Assembly: GCA_046594885.1 (NCBI GenBank)
Contig: JBKJRD010000014.1
Coordinates: 9,901-73,900, forward strand
DNA length: 64,000 bases
Origin: Methylotenera sp.
GTDB lineage: Bacteria > Pseudomonadota > Gammaproteobacteria > Burkholderiales > Methylophilaceae
Direction: 5' to 3'
Shown piece after piece: positions 33,512 to 43,176 of this stretch. The notes under the pieces were generated by a model that was not told where the DNA came from, did not search any database, and saw only the letters and a program-made list of their open reading frames with translations. The position numbers and the translations under genes were made by a program. The stretch's first letter is position 1, and each line of letters opens with the position of its first letter.

Positions 33512-34503
33512 CGCGATGGGCTTTCAGAAGATTCACCAGGACCGTCAGGCACGGGCGTTTTGCCGCGTAACAAGCTGGCTGGATCGCGTTCGGTTTGTTC
33601 ACTTAAGCGTTTTAGCGAAGCGGATAGCGCGTTTAATTCACTTAATAAGCGTTGCACTTCTGGCAAGGTTTCTTGCGTATAGCGCTCTATATTTGCGCCA
33701 ACCGATTCTACGGTTTTGCCCGCACTGGTGCTGGCTGTTGCTGCCGCACTGCCAGCTTTTTCAATAGCAATTGCACTGCGGTTAATCTGCTCAATGGTCA
33801 CACTAAGTTGATCCATGACCGGCGCGATTTTATTCAGCAGCGGGTTCAATTTTTCACTCGCGCGTGCGGTGTTATCGGCGGTGCGGGCTACATTCACAAT
33901 GCTGGCATCAATCAACATTTTGCGTTCAGCAATGGTTTTTGAAATGATAGCGATATCGGCCAATGTGCTTTTAAATGCCTGCTTATTTTCTGCACTTAAT
34001 AAAGAATCAATGGTGCTAGAAGTATTATCCAATTTAGCCAATACGGTGGTGAGCACATTTTCTAGGCGTGTACTAAGCGATGGTTTAGTTTGAATCACTG
34101 GATATTTTTCATCACCAGTAGCAAGCAAGGGCGGCGCTGTGCTTGCGCCACCATCTAATTCTACATAAGCAATGCCAGTTAAACCTTGTGTTTTTAACAC
34201 GGCAAAAGTATCCACTTTAATGGGCGTGCCTGTTTCTATCGCCAACATAATTCTGACAATCTCGGGGTTACTAGTATCGAGTTGAATATCTTTGACTTTA
34301 CCCACATCCACACCGTGATATTTGACAGGCGCGTTTAGGTTAAGTCCCGCAACAGATTCTTCTACAATAGCTAAATACAAATCGTATTGTTTTTGTAGCG
34401 CGCCGCCAGATGCCAACCATAAAATGGTCGCAATCAGTATCGCGCCTAATAACAGTACAAAAGCACCAACAACTGCATAATTTACCTTGGTTTCGATGAT
34501 CAA
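33508..34503 (-). CDS. MCE/MlaD family protein with a long helical tail
   Basis: N-terminal TM; motifs VAGLNLNAPVKYHGVDVGKV and QGLTGIAYVEL. Confidence 0.9.
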   Translation of the reverse strand: MIIETKVNYAVVGAFVLLLGAILIATILWLASGGALQKQYDLYLAIVEESVAGLNLNAPVKYHGVDVGKVKDIQLDTSNPEIVRIMLAIETGTPIKVDTFAVLKTQGLTGIAYVELDGGASTAPPLLATGDEKYPVIQTKPSLSTRLENVLTTVLAKLDNTSSTIDSLLSAENKQAFKSTLADIAIISKTIAERKMLIDASIVNVARTADNTARASEKLNPLLNKIAPVMDQLSVTIEQINRSAIAIEKAGSAAATASTSAGKTVESVGANIERYTQETLPEVQRLLSELNALSASLKRLSEQTERDPASLLRGKTPVPDGPGESSESPSR

Positions 34504-34546
34504 TCCTTAATCAGTTAACAATAAATAAAAGTGAATTTTAGCCTAA

Positions 34547-35362
34547 TTACGCCGTTTTTTTACTGGTGCCTTGAGCGTGGGCTAATCGACTGCGCGGCCC
34601 ATCAAAAAAAGCTTTAACCATCGGATTATCGCTTTTAGATAGTGCGAGCATCGAATCCACCGCTTGCACTTTGCCATCGCCCAATACTGCCACGCGGTCG
34701 GTCACTTGCCACAACAAATCCAAATCATGCGTAATAATCACAATGGTTAAGCCAAACTGGTCGCGCAATTGTAAAACCAATTCATCTACGCCTGCCGCGC
34801 TCACTGGGTCTAAGCCAGCAGTCGGTTCGTCTAAAAATAATAATTCTGGCTCAAGCGCCATCGCACGTGCCAGCGATGCGCGTTTAATCATGCCGCCACT
34901 GAGTTCTGATGGATATTGCTGGCTGGCTTCTATTTTTAAACCTGTCATGGCTAATTTAATTGCAGCAATTTCATCAATTAAGTTTTCCGATAAATCGGTA
35001 TGTTCGCGCAAAGGCAAGCCCACGTTCTCTTTCACTGTAAGCGAACCGAATAAACCACCATGTTGAAACATGACACCCCAGCGTTTACGCAAACTTAACG
35101 CCTGTTTTTCGTTAATATCTTTTAGCTCAGTGCCCAGCATGCGAATCGAGCCACTGTTGGGTTGATGCAGCAAAATCATCTCGCGTAATAAGGTTGATTT
35201 ACCAGAGCCACTGCCACCAATAATGGCAAAAATTTCCGCTCGGCGCACTTCCAAGTTAATATCGCTATGCACAATTTTTTCGCCAAAACGAGTAGAAACG
35301 TTGCATAGTTCAATGACAATTTCATCAGAATCTGGTGCAGTATTTTTAACTGTTGTTTGCAT
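34547..35362 (-). CDS. MlaF/Ttg2A-like ABC ATP-binding protein
   Basis: Motifs GGSGSGKST, ELSGGMIKRASLARA and LDEPTAGLDP. Confidence 0.92.
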   Translation of the reverse strand: MQTTVKNTAPDSDEIVIELCNVSTRFGEKIVHSDINLEVRRAEIFAIIGGSGSGKSTLLREMILLHQPNSGSIRMLGTELKDINEKQALSLRKRWGVMFQHGGLFGSLTVKENVGLPLREHTDLSENLIDEIAAIKLAMTGLKIEASQQYPSELSGGMIKRASLARAMALEPELLFLDEPTAGLDPVSAAGVDELVLQLRDQFGLTIVIITHDLDLLWQVTDRVAVLGDGKVQAVDSMLALSKSDNPMVKAFFDGPRSRLAHAQGTSKKTA

Positions 35363-35371
35363 GTTAAGTCG

Positions 35372-36535
35372 TTACAGATTGAGTAAGCTAAATGCCACCG
35401 AAAATATCGCATCGGCCACAATAACTAAAAAAATGGATTGCACTACACTGCGCGTAGTTTGGCGGCCAACACTATCTGCGCCGCCTTTAGTGCGAAAACC
35501 TTGATAGCAACCCACCATGGCGATAATGACGGCGAAAATGGGTGCTTTGCCCACGCCAACCATAAACGCGGTTGGGCTAACGGCTTTGACGAAACGGTCT
35601 AAAAACTCTACAAAGCCCACATCTAACTGTTGATAAGCCATTAACATACCACCAAAAACGCCGAGTATATCGGCAAATACGGTTAACAAAGGCAGCGCGA
35701 TAAAGAGCGCGATGACTTTTGGAATCACCAGTAATTCTTGCGGATTGATGCCCAGCGTTTGCATGGCGTCAATTTCTTCTGTGACCGCCATGGTGCCAAT
35801 TTGGGCGGCATAAGCAGAGCCTGAACGCCCGGCAATAATAATCGCGGTGATGAGCGGGGCGAATTCGCGCAACATCGACAAACCAACTAAATCGGCCACA
35901 AAAATATTGGCGCCATATTGTTTTAATTGGCCTGCGCCCTGGTAAGCCACAACCACGCCCAATAAAAATGCCAATAGTCCGACGATGGGTATTGCATCAA
36001 AACCTGCGCTGCGGATATTAAACAAAATGGGTCGCCAGCGAATGCGTTGTGGATCTGCAATACTTTTGGCTAATGCAATTGCGGTTTCGCCCACAAAACT
36101 CAGCGCACCCATTAATTGCTGCGCAAATTGCACGGTATTTTTGCCGATACGCTCAACAAAGTTTGGTTGCGGATTTAATGCAGATTTGAGGCTATTTTGC
36201 GGGTTAAGTATTGAATTATTTGCAGGCGCATCTGCTAATTGCATGCGGATAATATCTAACCTTTTTTGAAAAACTGGGGTAAGCTGATGCAGCGCTATTA
36301 CGCTATTTTGTTGCGCACAATCTTGTAATAATTTTTGCAAACACCAAGCGCCTACACTATCTAAACTTTCAATTTTGGCACAATTTGCAATGATATCAGC
36401 GTTGGCTGGTAGCGCAATCAACGCCAGTTGCTGCTCAGTTGCCGTTAAATATTGCGCATCCCAGCGGCCAGATAGCTGCAGCTCTGTAGGGCTAAGCTGC
36501 GTAATCGTTGCTGTTTGCTGAGGTTGATGCGACAT
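35372..36535 (-). CDS. MlaE family permease with an N-terminal STAS-like domain
   Basis: Motifs REFAPLITAIIIAGRSGSAYAAQIGTM and EEIDAM; N-terminal LDSVGAW. Confidence 0.92.
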   Translation of the reverse strand: MSHQPQQTATITQLSPTELQLSGRWDAQYLTATEQQLALIALPANADIIANCAKIESLDSVGAWCLQKLLQDCAQQNSVIALHQLTPVFQKRLDIIRMQLADAPANNSILNPQNSLKSALNPQPNFVERIGKNTVQFAQQLMGALSFVGETAIALAKSIADPQRIRWRPILFNIRSAGFDAIPIVGLLAFLLGVVVAYQGAGQLKQYGANIFVADLVGLSMLREFAPLITAIIIAGRSGSAYAAQIGTMAVTEEIDAMQTLGINPQELLVIPKVIALFIALPLLTVFADILGVFGGMLMAYQQLDVGFVEFLDRFVKAVSPTAFMVGVGKAPIFAVIIAMVGCYQGFRTKGGADSVGRQTTRSVVQSIFLVIVADAIFSVAFSLLNL

Positions 36536-36553
36536 ATTTGTGCTACTGGATAA

Positions 36554-37501
36554 TTACTTAACCATATTTTGTCGTTGATATTCTTTTCGTTTAATCTGCA
36601 TATAATCATCGCGTTCCAATTCATGCAATTGCAGCGCGTATTCTTCTGTGCTATCAAACCAGCCTTGCAGTCTTTTTTCGAGCTGTTTATCAGCAGGTTG
36701 ATTAAGCGATGCTAGATAAGCGTCGATGGTTAAATAGTAACGCATGGTATTGCGCTCAACTACGCCGCGCACGCCTTGAATATAGTCTGGTTGCGCGTTG
36801 CTAGCTGCGTTGACCCGCGTAAATCCGACTTTGTCTTTGCCAATTGTAGCCAAATAACCTTTCATGGCAATGCGTCCTGCTAAACCAAAAGAATACGCGT
36901 AGGTAAAGTGTAAAAAAGTCTGGTTTTTATTGAGCGGCGTGGCTTCTACCACGATGCGATAATCACTGGTACCCAACGGGCCTTCATTGGCCTTCAGTTG
37001 CACCGAAAAATAGTCAGCCGCAGAGGCTATTTGCTGATAATTAAAGGTAGCTTTATAAGTGTCTGCCAATTCTTGATCGTCTTTTTTACCTAAATTTAAA
37101 TGTAGTAAACTGTTATTTTGGCTATTTTCCGCACCACAGTATTTAACATTTAAATGCAAAATCAGCGCATCACACCAATGCGCAGGATTATTTAGCGCAA
37201 CATTCACCATTGAAAATGGATGATCAAGCACTGCGTATATTTCGCCTTTTAACTGCGCTGGCGATTCGGTCGATTGCAGTACAATTGGACGCTTAAACGG
37301 GTTATCCGATAAGGCTTGTGCTAACGATTGATGCTGATTGAGTAATGTGCTTGCCTGAAGATTAGTTTTTGATTGCGCATTATCCGCCGCTACAGCATTG
37401 GCATCAATTAACAATAAAGCCAACAAAATGGCGCATATATTGTGCAGGTAGCGATTGAATGTTGGCTGTTTAAGTATAGTTAACCCGTTAAAAATCGTCA
37501 T
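36554..37501 (-). CDS. Hypothetical exported protein inside the cls-MCE operon
   Basis: ATG at 37501 preceded by AGGAG; signal-like hydrophobic segment; the track start at 37621 overlaps cls and is unlikely. Confidence 0.7.
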   Translation of the reverse strand: MTIFNGLTILKQPTFNRYLHNICAILLALLLIDANAVAADNAQSKTNLQASTLLNQHQSLAQALSDNPFKRPIVLQSTESPAQLKGEIYAVLDHPFSMVNVALNNPAHWCDALILHLNVKYCGAENSQNNSLLHLNLGKKDDQELADTYKATFNYQQIASAADYFSVQLKANEGPLGTSDYRIVVEATPLNKNQTFLHFTYAYSFGLAGRIAMKGYLATIGKDKVGFTRVNAASNAQPDYIQGVRGVVERNTMRYYLTIDAYLASLNQPADKQLEKRLQGWFDSTEEYALQLHELERDDYMQIKRKEYQRQNMVK

Positions 37502-37571
37502 TTTACTCCTATAAAAAAAGCATTTAAAAATGTCATTTATTGCTATAAAAACGCAATGATTGCACTCAATA

Positions 37572-39008
37572 TTACAAAAGACGCGCCCATAAACGTGCCG
37601 CCTTTTCTTTAATGCGCGCACTAATTGGCCGTCTGCGCCAATTATTTAGCGTCATTTGGTGCGATACTTGTAAATCCTCATAAAACATACGTTGCATTTG
37701 ATCGCCGAAATCTTGCCCTAATATCACTGCGTTGATTTCTTGGTTATTCACAAAGCTGCGCCAATCCAAATTCGTGGAGCCAATAGTTGACCAAACACCA
37801 TCGATTAACGCTGTTTTGGCATGCAAAATGCCCACTTTATGTTCGTAAATCTGCACACCAGCGCTCAATAGCTCATCGTAATAAGAGCGTGATGCGTAGA
37901 AAACCAAATCCGAATCGGTCTTTTCTGGCAGCAATAATTTAACCGCCACGCCGCGCGCAACGGCGTCTTTTAAAGTAGTCAATAATTGCGGATCAGGCAC
38001 AAAGTAAGCATTGGTTAAATAAACCTGGGTCTCTGCACTATTAATGGCTGAAATTAAAGTCGCATAAATCTGGCTATAGGGCTCATTGGGCGAGCTGCCA
38101 ATAGCACTAACTACCTCTTTGCCTTGGCTGGTTAAAGTTGGAAAATATTGTTTAGGTGCTAAAGCGTCGCCTTTTTGCAATGCCCAAGTCGCCATATACA
38201 TTTTTTGAAACTCAGCGACCACGGGGCCAGTCATTTTTAAATGTGTATCACGCCAAGGCAAGCCTTCGATTTCTGATTTAGCTGCATTTACTTTAGGCGC
38301 CTTCTTTTTAGGGCTGCTTCTTGAGCCGCCAAATGAGCCGCTAGAGCTAGAATATACGCTACTAATGTTAATGCCGCCCACAAACGCAATATTGCCATCT
38401 ATCACCAATAGCTTACGATGGTCGCGCTCATTTAAGTTCCAGCCTTTTCGTAGATTGGCAGGGTTAATCGGGTTAAATTCCAACACATTGATGCCGGTTG
38501 CTCTTAAGGAATCAAAAAATTCTTTTGGCGTGTTGATAGAGCCTACGCTATCGTAAATTAAATTAACTTGTACGCCGCTACTTTGTTTTTGCATCAAGCG
38601 CACAGCGAACTCATGACCTACTTCGTCATCCTCAAAAATAAAAGTTTCCATATTAATATGGTCTTTTGCGTTATCAATCGCGCTTAACATCGCAGCATAA
38701 GTCGCAGGCCCATCGATTAATAAATCCACTTTATTGCCAACAATCAGTGGGCTACCCGCCACTTCGCTAATTAATGCCAAATGCCTGTCAAAAATACTGG
38801 TTTCAACACCATCTTTTTGAATGCGGGCAAGAATTTTTTTGCTTTGCTGTGCGCTCATTGGGCCGCGTGCATTTTCTAATACTGGCGGCTTCGATGATTG
38901 CATCGCCATGTCAGGCACCATAATGGGTATAGAGGTGCAAGCAAACAGTGTTGTAGCGCTTAATACACAAGCCCACCTAAAAAAACGGGCGATATTTGTT
39001 TTTATCAT
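37572..39008 (-). CDS. Cardiolipin synthase / phospholipase D family protein with a lipoprotein-type signal
   Basis: Two HKD motifs (DHRKLLVIDG, LHAKTALIDG), GSTNLDWRS, and an N-terminal TLFAC lipobox-like sequence. Confidence 0.9.
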   Translation of the reverse strand: MIKTNIARFFRWACVLSATTLFACTSIPIMVPDMAMQSSKPPVLENARGPMSAQQSKKILARIQKDGVETSIFDRHLALISEVAGSPLIVGNKVDLLIDGPATYAAMLSAIDNAKDHINMETFIFEDDEVGHEFAVRLMQKQSSGVQVNLIYDSVGSINTPKEFFDSLRATGINVLEFNPINPANLRKGWNLNERDHRKLLVIDGNIAFVGGINISSVYSSSSGSFGGSRSSPKKKAPKVNAAKSEIEGLPWRDTHLKMTGPVVAEFQKMYMATWALQKGDALAPKQYFPTLTSQGKEVVSAIGSSPNEPYSQIYATLISAINSAETQVYLTNAYFVPDPQLLTTLKDAVARGVAVKLLLPEKTDSDLVFYASRSYYDELLSAGVQIYEHKVGILHAKTALIDGVWSTIGSTNLDWRSFVNNQEINAVILGQDFGDQMQRMFYEDLQVSHQMTLNNWRRRPISARIKEKAARLWARLL

Positions 39009-39075
39009 GGTGCCTAGTATATGAATATCGCGCATTTATGTAACCCAAATAAGCTCAATATAAGCTTTTGGCAAA

Positions 39076-39118
39076 ATATTAGCTATAAAGAAATAATAAT
39101 TTAGTACGGAAACGCACA
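39076..39118 (-). promoter_or_regulatory. Candidate Crp/Fnr-family site E plus -10 element, upstream of the cls-MCE operon
   Basis: On the minus strand TGTGCG-TTTC-CGTACT (39118-39103), 21 nt, TAATAT (39081-39076). Confidence 0.7.
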
Positions 39119-39228
39119 CAGCTAAAAAATGACAGTTAATACAGCTGCAATTTTGTGGGCATTTTTTAGCTTAAACAGTCTATATGTGTGGCTTGATTAC
39201 TGCTTAGAACCTAACTTTTATTAGCATT

Positions 39229-39271
39229 TGTGCGCTAGCGAACCGATAGCCAGTTTAACTTTCGGTAATGT
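39229..39271 (+). promoter_or_regulatory. Candidate Crp/Fnr-family site B plus -10 element, upstream of csbD
   Basis: TGTGCG-CTAG-CGAACC (39229-39244), 21 nt, TAATGT (39266-39271). Confidence 0.65.
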
Positions 39272-39317
39272 TTGTTTTATTAAATAGAAAGTGATTTGTG
39301 ATTAAAAGGGGTGAGCG

Positions 39318-39518
39318 ATGGAATGGAACCAAGTGCGCGAAAATTGGCCGCAATTTCAATATGCTGTTCAGCATGAATGGAGCAGATTGTTAGATTTTCA
39401 ATTAGAAGTAATCGCAGGTGATCGCAATCAACTCATTGCAAAAGTGCAGTTGATGTATCAAATCTCTTTAACTGAAGCGCAGGCGCAGGTTGCAAATTGG
39501 CAGAATTGCAAAACTTAA
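39318..39518 (+). CDS. CsbD/YjbJ family stress protein
   Basis: Pattern W-N-x-x-x-x-N-W-x-Q-F...W...L...IAGDRNQLI-x-K-x-Q-x-x-Y; GGGG ribosome-binding site. Confidence 0.8.
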   Translation: MEWNQVRENWPQFQYAVQHEWSRLLDFQLEVIAGDRNQLIAKVQLMYQISLTEAQAQVANWQNCKT

Positions 39519-39602
39519 AGTCTGATGCGCATTTTTATGCGTTTATTTTGTGTTTTTTAGGCATATTTACATTTAAAAAACAATTCATGTTTTGTTGAGA
39601 TA

Positions 39603-39857
39603 GTGATGATGAAAATTTTAAATCGCGCAAAAACGCACTTTATGCAAAAAAGTGAACACGGTACACATCAGGTTAAATTTGGTAAAGTGAAAGATGTGCA
39701 AGCATCAATTGACGATATTTTAGATGGTGAAAACCATCAAAATAAAGTAGACGCGAACAATTTAACTAGTAATAAGCAGGTGATGAAAAAGCCAGACATA
39801 AACAAACCACGGTCAGGTAAGTTACGCAATATCGTTAAAACACCAGAATCTCATTAA
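39603..39857 (+). CDS. Small hypothetical protein
   Basis: 84-aa ORF co-oriented between csbD and the next gene; no recognisable motif. Confidence 0.45.
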   Translation: MMMKILNRAKTHFMQKSEHGTHQVKFGKVKDVQASIDDILDGENHQNKVDANNLTSNKQVMKKPDINKPRSGKLRNIVKTPESH

Positions 39858-39938
39858 GCCTGAATAATATAAAGTGATATACTCATTTCACTGTTGCATT
39901 ACTTTATGCGACACAAAACCAGAAAAGGGTGCATCATC

Positions 39939-40436
39939 ATGCATTTAAAATTACGCTATTTGCTGCCCAATATTAAAGTAGCTCATCAAGCAAACGATGC
40001 AATGTTATTAGCAAAGGTTGAACCTAGACATGTTAGTTTTTTAGCGAACGAGAATATAGATTTAGGTGATTTGCAGCCAGCCAGCACGATTGAGGCGACT
40101 AATACCTTGCATGAAGGCATGAAAGGCATATTGATGGGCGCTGGGTTGGGGTTGCTTGGTGGTTTATATGTGCTTTATTTTCCTGTTTGGTTTACGGATT
40201 CGCCGGTATGGTTTACTGATGCAAGTTGGTATGTAATATTGGGTGTGACCATGTTACTAGGTGCAGTAGCAGCAGCATTTGGCGCAGCATTGCTAGGGTT
40301 TAATATTCACAATACAGATTTACAGCGCTACCAAAAAAGAATTGATGATGGCGCAATTTTAATGATTGTTTCAGTGCCGTTTAATCGCGCGAAAGAAATC
40401 CGCAAAATAGTTAGCAAGCTACATTTGAAATTTTAA
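39939..40436 (+). CDS. DUF1269-like two-TM membrane protein
   Basis: LRYLLP start, Gly-rich GAGLGLLGGL and GAVAAAFGAALLG segments, C-terminal GAILMIVSVP. Confidence 0.7.
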   Translation: MHLKLRYLLPNIKVAHQANDAMLLAKVEPRHVSFLANENIDLGDLQPASTIEATNTLHEGMKGILMGAGLGLLGGLYVLYFPVWFTDSPVWFTDASWYVILGVTMLLGAVAAAFGAALLGFNIHNTDLQRYQKRIDDGAILMIVSVPFNRAKEIRKIVSKLHLKF

Positions 40437-40788
40437 TGTTTATTAAGCCTAATTGCTGGTTGCAAATTCTTCATAGCTAACAATTGTTTTGCAGATCAAC
40501 AATTAATCTGCAAATTTTCAAGCGCTTAGTGGATGGCAAAAAAGTATTATTAGGCTTCTTCACAATCTTTTTTTTAAGAGTTCTAGTTGTGTTTGATTTG
40601 GACACCATCATCAATCACCTTTAACTTAAGGCTATTGCCCATATTAATTAAAATCATGATTTTTGCTGATAATGTACGTTAAAACTAGGTAACAATTTAT
40701 TTAATTTGTTAATCACAACATTCGTTTTAATGACAACTTTTTGCTTAGATATGAGTGTTAAGAGTCTAAATTTTAACAAGCCATCTTT

Positions 40789-40832
40789 AGTGCGATAACG
40801 TACAGAGTTAATCAGCCTGTAGAGCGTAAAGT
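40789..40832 (+). promoter_or_regulatory. Candidate Crp/Fnr-family site C plus -10 element, upstream of the small lipoprotein / DUF3309 / dehydrogenase genes
   Basis: AGTGCG-ATAA-CGTACA (40789-40804), 22 nt, TAAAGT (40827-40832). Confidence 0.7.
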
Positions 40833-40862
40833 TGGGTTCCTACTAATCTAAAGAGATATACC

Positions 40863-41090
40863 ATGAATAAATTAATGTTAAGTGCTACCGTAATTGCATT
40901 ATTAACCCTGAGCGCTTGCGACAAGCCAACAGTGGTTAACGTGCCAGCTGAAACTGTTGTAGTGCCAGTTCCAGGACCAGCAGGCCCTGCAGGCGCAGAC
41001 GGCGAAGCTGGCCAATCTGGCGCAAAAGGTGAAACAGGTGGTGATACAACCATCATTGTTGCACCAGAAGAAACACCAACAACACCATAA
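40863..41090 (+). CDS. Small lipoprotein with a short collagen-like Gly-X-Y run
   Basis: Lipobox LSAC; GPAGPAGADGEAGQSGAKGETGG. Confidence 0.8.
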   Translation: MNKLMLSATVIALLTLSACDKPTVVNVPAETVVVPVPGPAGPAGADGEAGQSGAKGETGGDTTIIVAPEETPTTP

Positions 41091-41153
41091 TAATGGCAGC
41101 CTAATTCAGTCATATTTTTATCGTCAATTTTAATTCTGTTCAAGGGGAACATC

Positions 41154-41312
41154 ATGGGTTTAAGTACAATCGTTATAATTGTGTTGGTTTTAATATTAAT
41201 AGGTGCATTACCAAGCTGGGGCCACAGTAAAAACTGGGGTTACGGGCCAAGTGGTGGCATCGGTTTAGTATTGGTAATATTGATCGTTTTATTATTAATG
41301 GGTCGCATATGA
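41154..41312 (+). CDS. DUF3309 family small membrane protein (52 aa), not in the ORF track
   Basis: Translated by hand: [52 protein letters not shown]; GGGGA ribosome-binding site; stop overlaps the next ATG. Confidence 0.9.
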   Translation: MGLSTIVIIVLVLILIGALPSWGHSKNWGYGPSGGIGLVLVILIVLLLMGRI

Positions 41313-42673
41313 TAGAAAAAACAAACACCGCGTTAGATAATCGTCTGTCTGAATTTAACGCGCTGTGTTTGACAGTATTATTGTTTGGGGCATTGTTTTT
41401 TCTAGCTGCTTGTGGCGAAGTGGCTAGATTGCCTGCTTCTGCAGGTGTTGGTACAAACCCTGTTTTACCAGCACCTAACAAAGCACTTATTCCCACAGTC
41501 AATATTGCGCCAGCAAAGGGTTGGCCAGAAAAAACGCTGCCAACTGCTGTTACTGGCACGCGCGTAGCGGCTTTTGCAAAAGATTTAGACCATCCGCGCT
41601 GGATCACCGTATTGCCCAATGGAGATGTGCTAGTTGCGGAAACTAACGCGCCACCAAAACCTGAGGGTGCCAGTGGAGGAATAAGAGGCTGGGTAATGGG
41701 TTTGGTGATGAAGCGTGCTGGTGCTGGCGTGCCAAGTGCAAACCGCATTACCCTGTTACGTGATGCAGATGGCGATGGCGTGGCAGATGTACGGCTAGCG
41801 TTTTTAGAGGGCTTATCTTCACCTTTTGGTATGTCATTGATTGGTAACCACTTTTATGTAGCCAATGCCGATGCGATTGTGCGATTTAATTATGCAGAAG
41901 GCGCTAAGCAAATAGATCAACCAGGTGAAAAAATGATTGATTTGCCTAGCGGCATTAATCATCATTGGACTAAAAACATGATTGCAAATGCCGATGGAAG
42001 CAAGCTGTATGTTACTGTGGGTTCAAATAGTAATGTTGCAGAAAATGGCATGGACATTGAGTTTGAACGTGCTGCAATTTGGGAAGTAGATGTAAAAACG
42101 GGACAGCATCGTATTTTTGCTTCGGGTTTGCGTAACCCAAACGGTTTAGCTTGGGAAAATAAATCCAAAACTTTATTTACAGTGGTGAATGAGCGCGATG
42201 AAATTGGTAGCGATTTGGTGCCCGATTATTTAACTTCGGTTAAAGAGGGTGCGTTTTATGGCTGGCCTTACAGCTATTATGGCCAAAATGTAGATGCGCG
42301 TGTGCAACCACAACAGCCAGATTTGGTGGCAAGTGCAGTGGTGCCTGATTATGCTTTGGGCGCACACACCGCATCATTAGGCCTTGCTGCATCTACTGGC
42401 AATACCTTGCCAGAACAATTTGCCAATGGCATGTTTGTAGGCCAACACGGTTCATGGAATCGTAAACCGCTGAGTGGCTATAAAGTGATTTTTGTTCCGT
42501 TTACAAATGGCAAGCCTACAGGTGCGCCAATTGACGTGTTAACAGGCTTTGTGAGTAAAGAAGGCAATGCTTATGGCAGGCCAGTGGGTGTTGCGCTAGA
42601 TAAAAGTGGCGCTTTGTTGGTAGCCGATGATGTGGGCAATACGATTTGGCGCGTCACGGCGAGTACGCCCTAG
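41309..42673 (+). CDS. Sorbosone dehydrogenase family (PQQ-type sugar dehydrogenase-like beta-propeller) lipoprotein
   Basis: Lipobox LAAC; motifs [27 protein letters not shown] and GRPVGV. Confidence 0.88.
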   Translation: MIEKTNTALDNRLSEFNALCLTVLLFGALFFLAACGEVARLPASAGVGTNPVLPAPNKALIPTVNIAPAKGWPEKTLPTAVTGTRVAAFAKDLDHPRWITVLPNGDVLVAETNAPPKPEGASGGIRGWVMGLVMKRAGAGVPSANRITLLRDADGDGVADVRLAFLEGLSSPFGMSLIGNHFYVANADAIVRFNYAEGAKQIDQPGEKMIDLPSGINHHWTKNMIANADGSKLYVTVGSNSNVAENGMDIEFERAAIWEVDVKTGQHRIFASGLRNPNGLAWENKSKTLFTVVNERDEIGSDLVPDYLTSVKEGAFYGWPYSYYGQNVDARVQPQQPDLVASAVVPDYALGAHTASLGLAASTGNTLPEQFANGMFVGQHGSWNRKPLSGYKVIFVPFTNGKPTGAPIDVLTGFVSKEGNAYGRPVGVALDKSGALLVADDVGNTIWRVTASTP

Positions 42674-42739
42674 ATTACTTTTTTTGCTATAAAATACAGT
42701 TAGGTTGCGTGAATATCGATTAATCTTAACGGAAAAATA

Positions 42740-43156
42740 ATGCCCATTTTATTCAAGTTTTTACCCGCGTATCTCGTTATTATGCTGGTTATGTTCGTGT
42801 TGGATATTGTGTGGTTGGGTACGATTGCGCGGCCAATGTATCAGCAAGGCATTGGCCATTTAATGGCACAACAGCCTAATTTATTTTTTGCTGCGCTGTT
42901 TTATTTGGTTTATGCACTGGGTTTAATGTGGTTTGCGCTTTTGCCAAACCGTCATCATAGAGGGCTTAAAAGTACATTCGCCGCAGCAGCTAGTTTTGGA
43001 TTTTTTGTGTATGCCAGTTACGATTTAACCAATTTAGCCATGCTAAAAGATTGGCCGTTAAAATTAGCTTTGATCGATATCACCTGGGGAACATGGTTAA
43101 GCGGCGTCAGTGCGACATTGGGGAAATGGGTGTTTAATCGCGTCAACCGCATTTAG
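42740..43156 (+). CDS. DUF2177 family membrane protein
   Basis: Motifs LDIVWLG, YASYDLTNLAMLKDW and DITWGT. Confidence 0.85.
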   Translation: MPILFKFLPAYLVIMLVMFVLDIVWLGTIARPMYQQGIGHLMAQQPNLFFAALFYLVYALGLMWFALLPNRHHRGLKSTFAAAASFGFFVYASYDLTNLAMLKDWPLKLALIDITWGTWLSGVSATLGKWVFNRVNRI

Positions 43157-43176
43157 CAGAAACAAATTGCCTTAGC

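Noticed and set aside
36554-37621. Longer track starts for several genes (37621, 8425, 13667, 16035, 48572)
   Set aside because: Downstream ATGs give family-typical N-termini and, for yajC and the 37501 gene, clear ribosome-binding sites; the extensions are unlike the families or overlap neighbouring genes.
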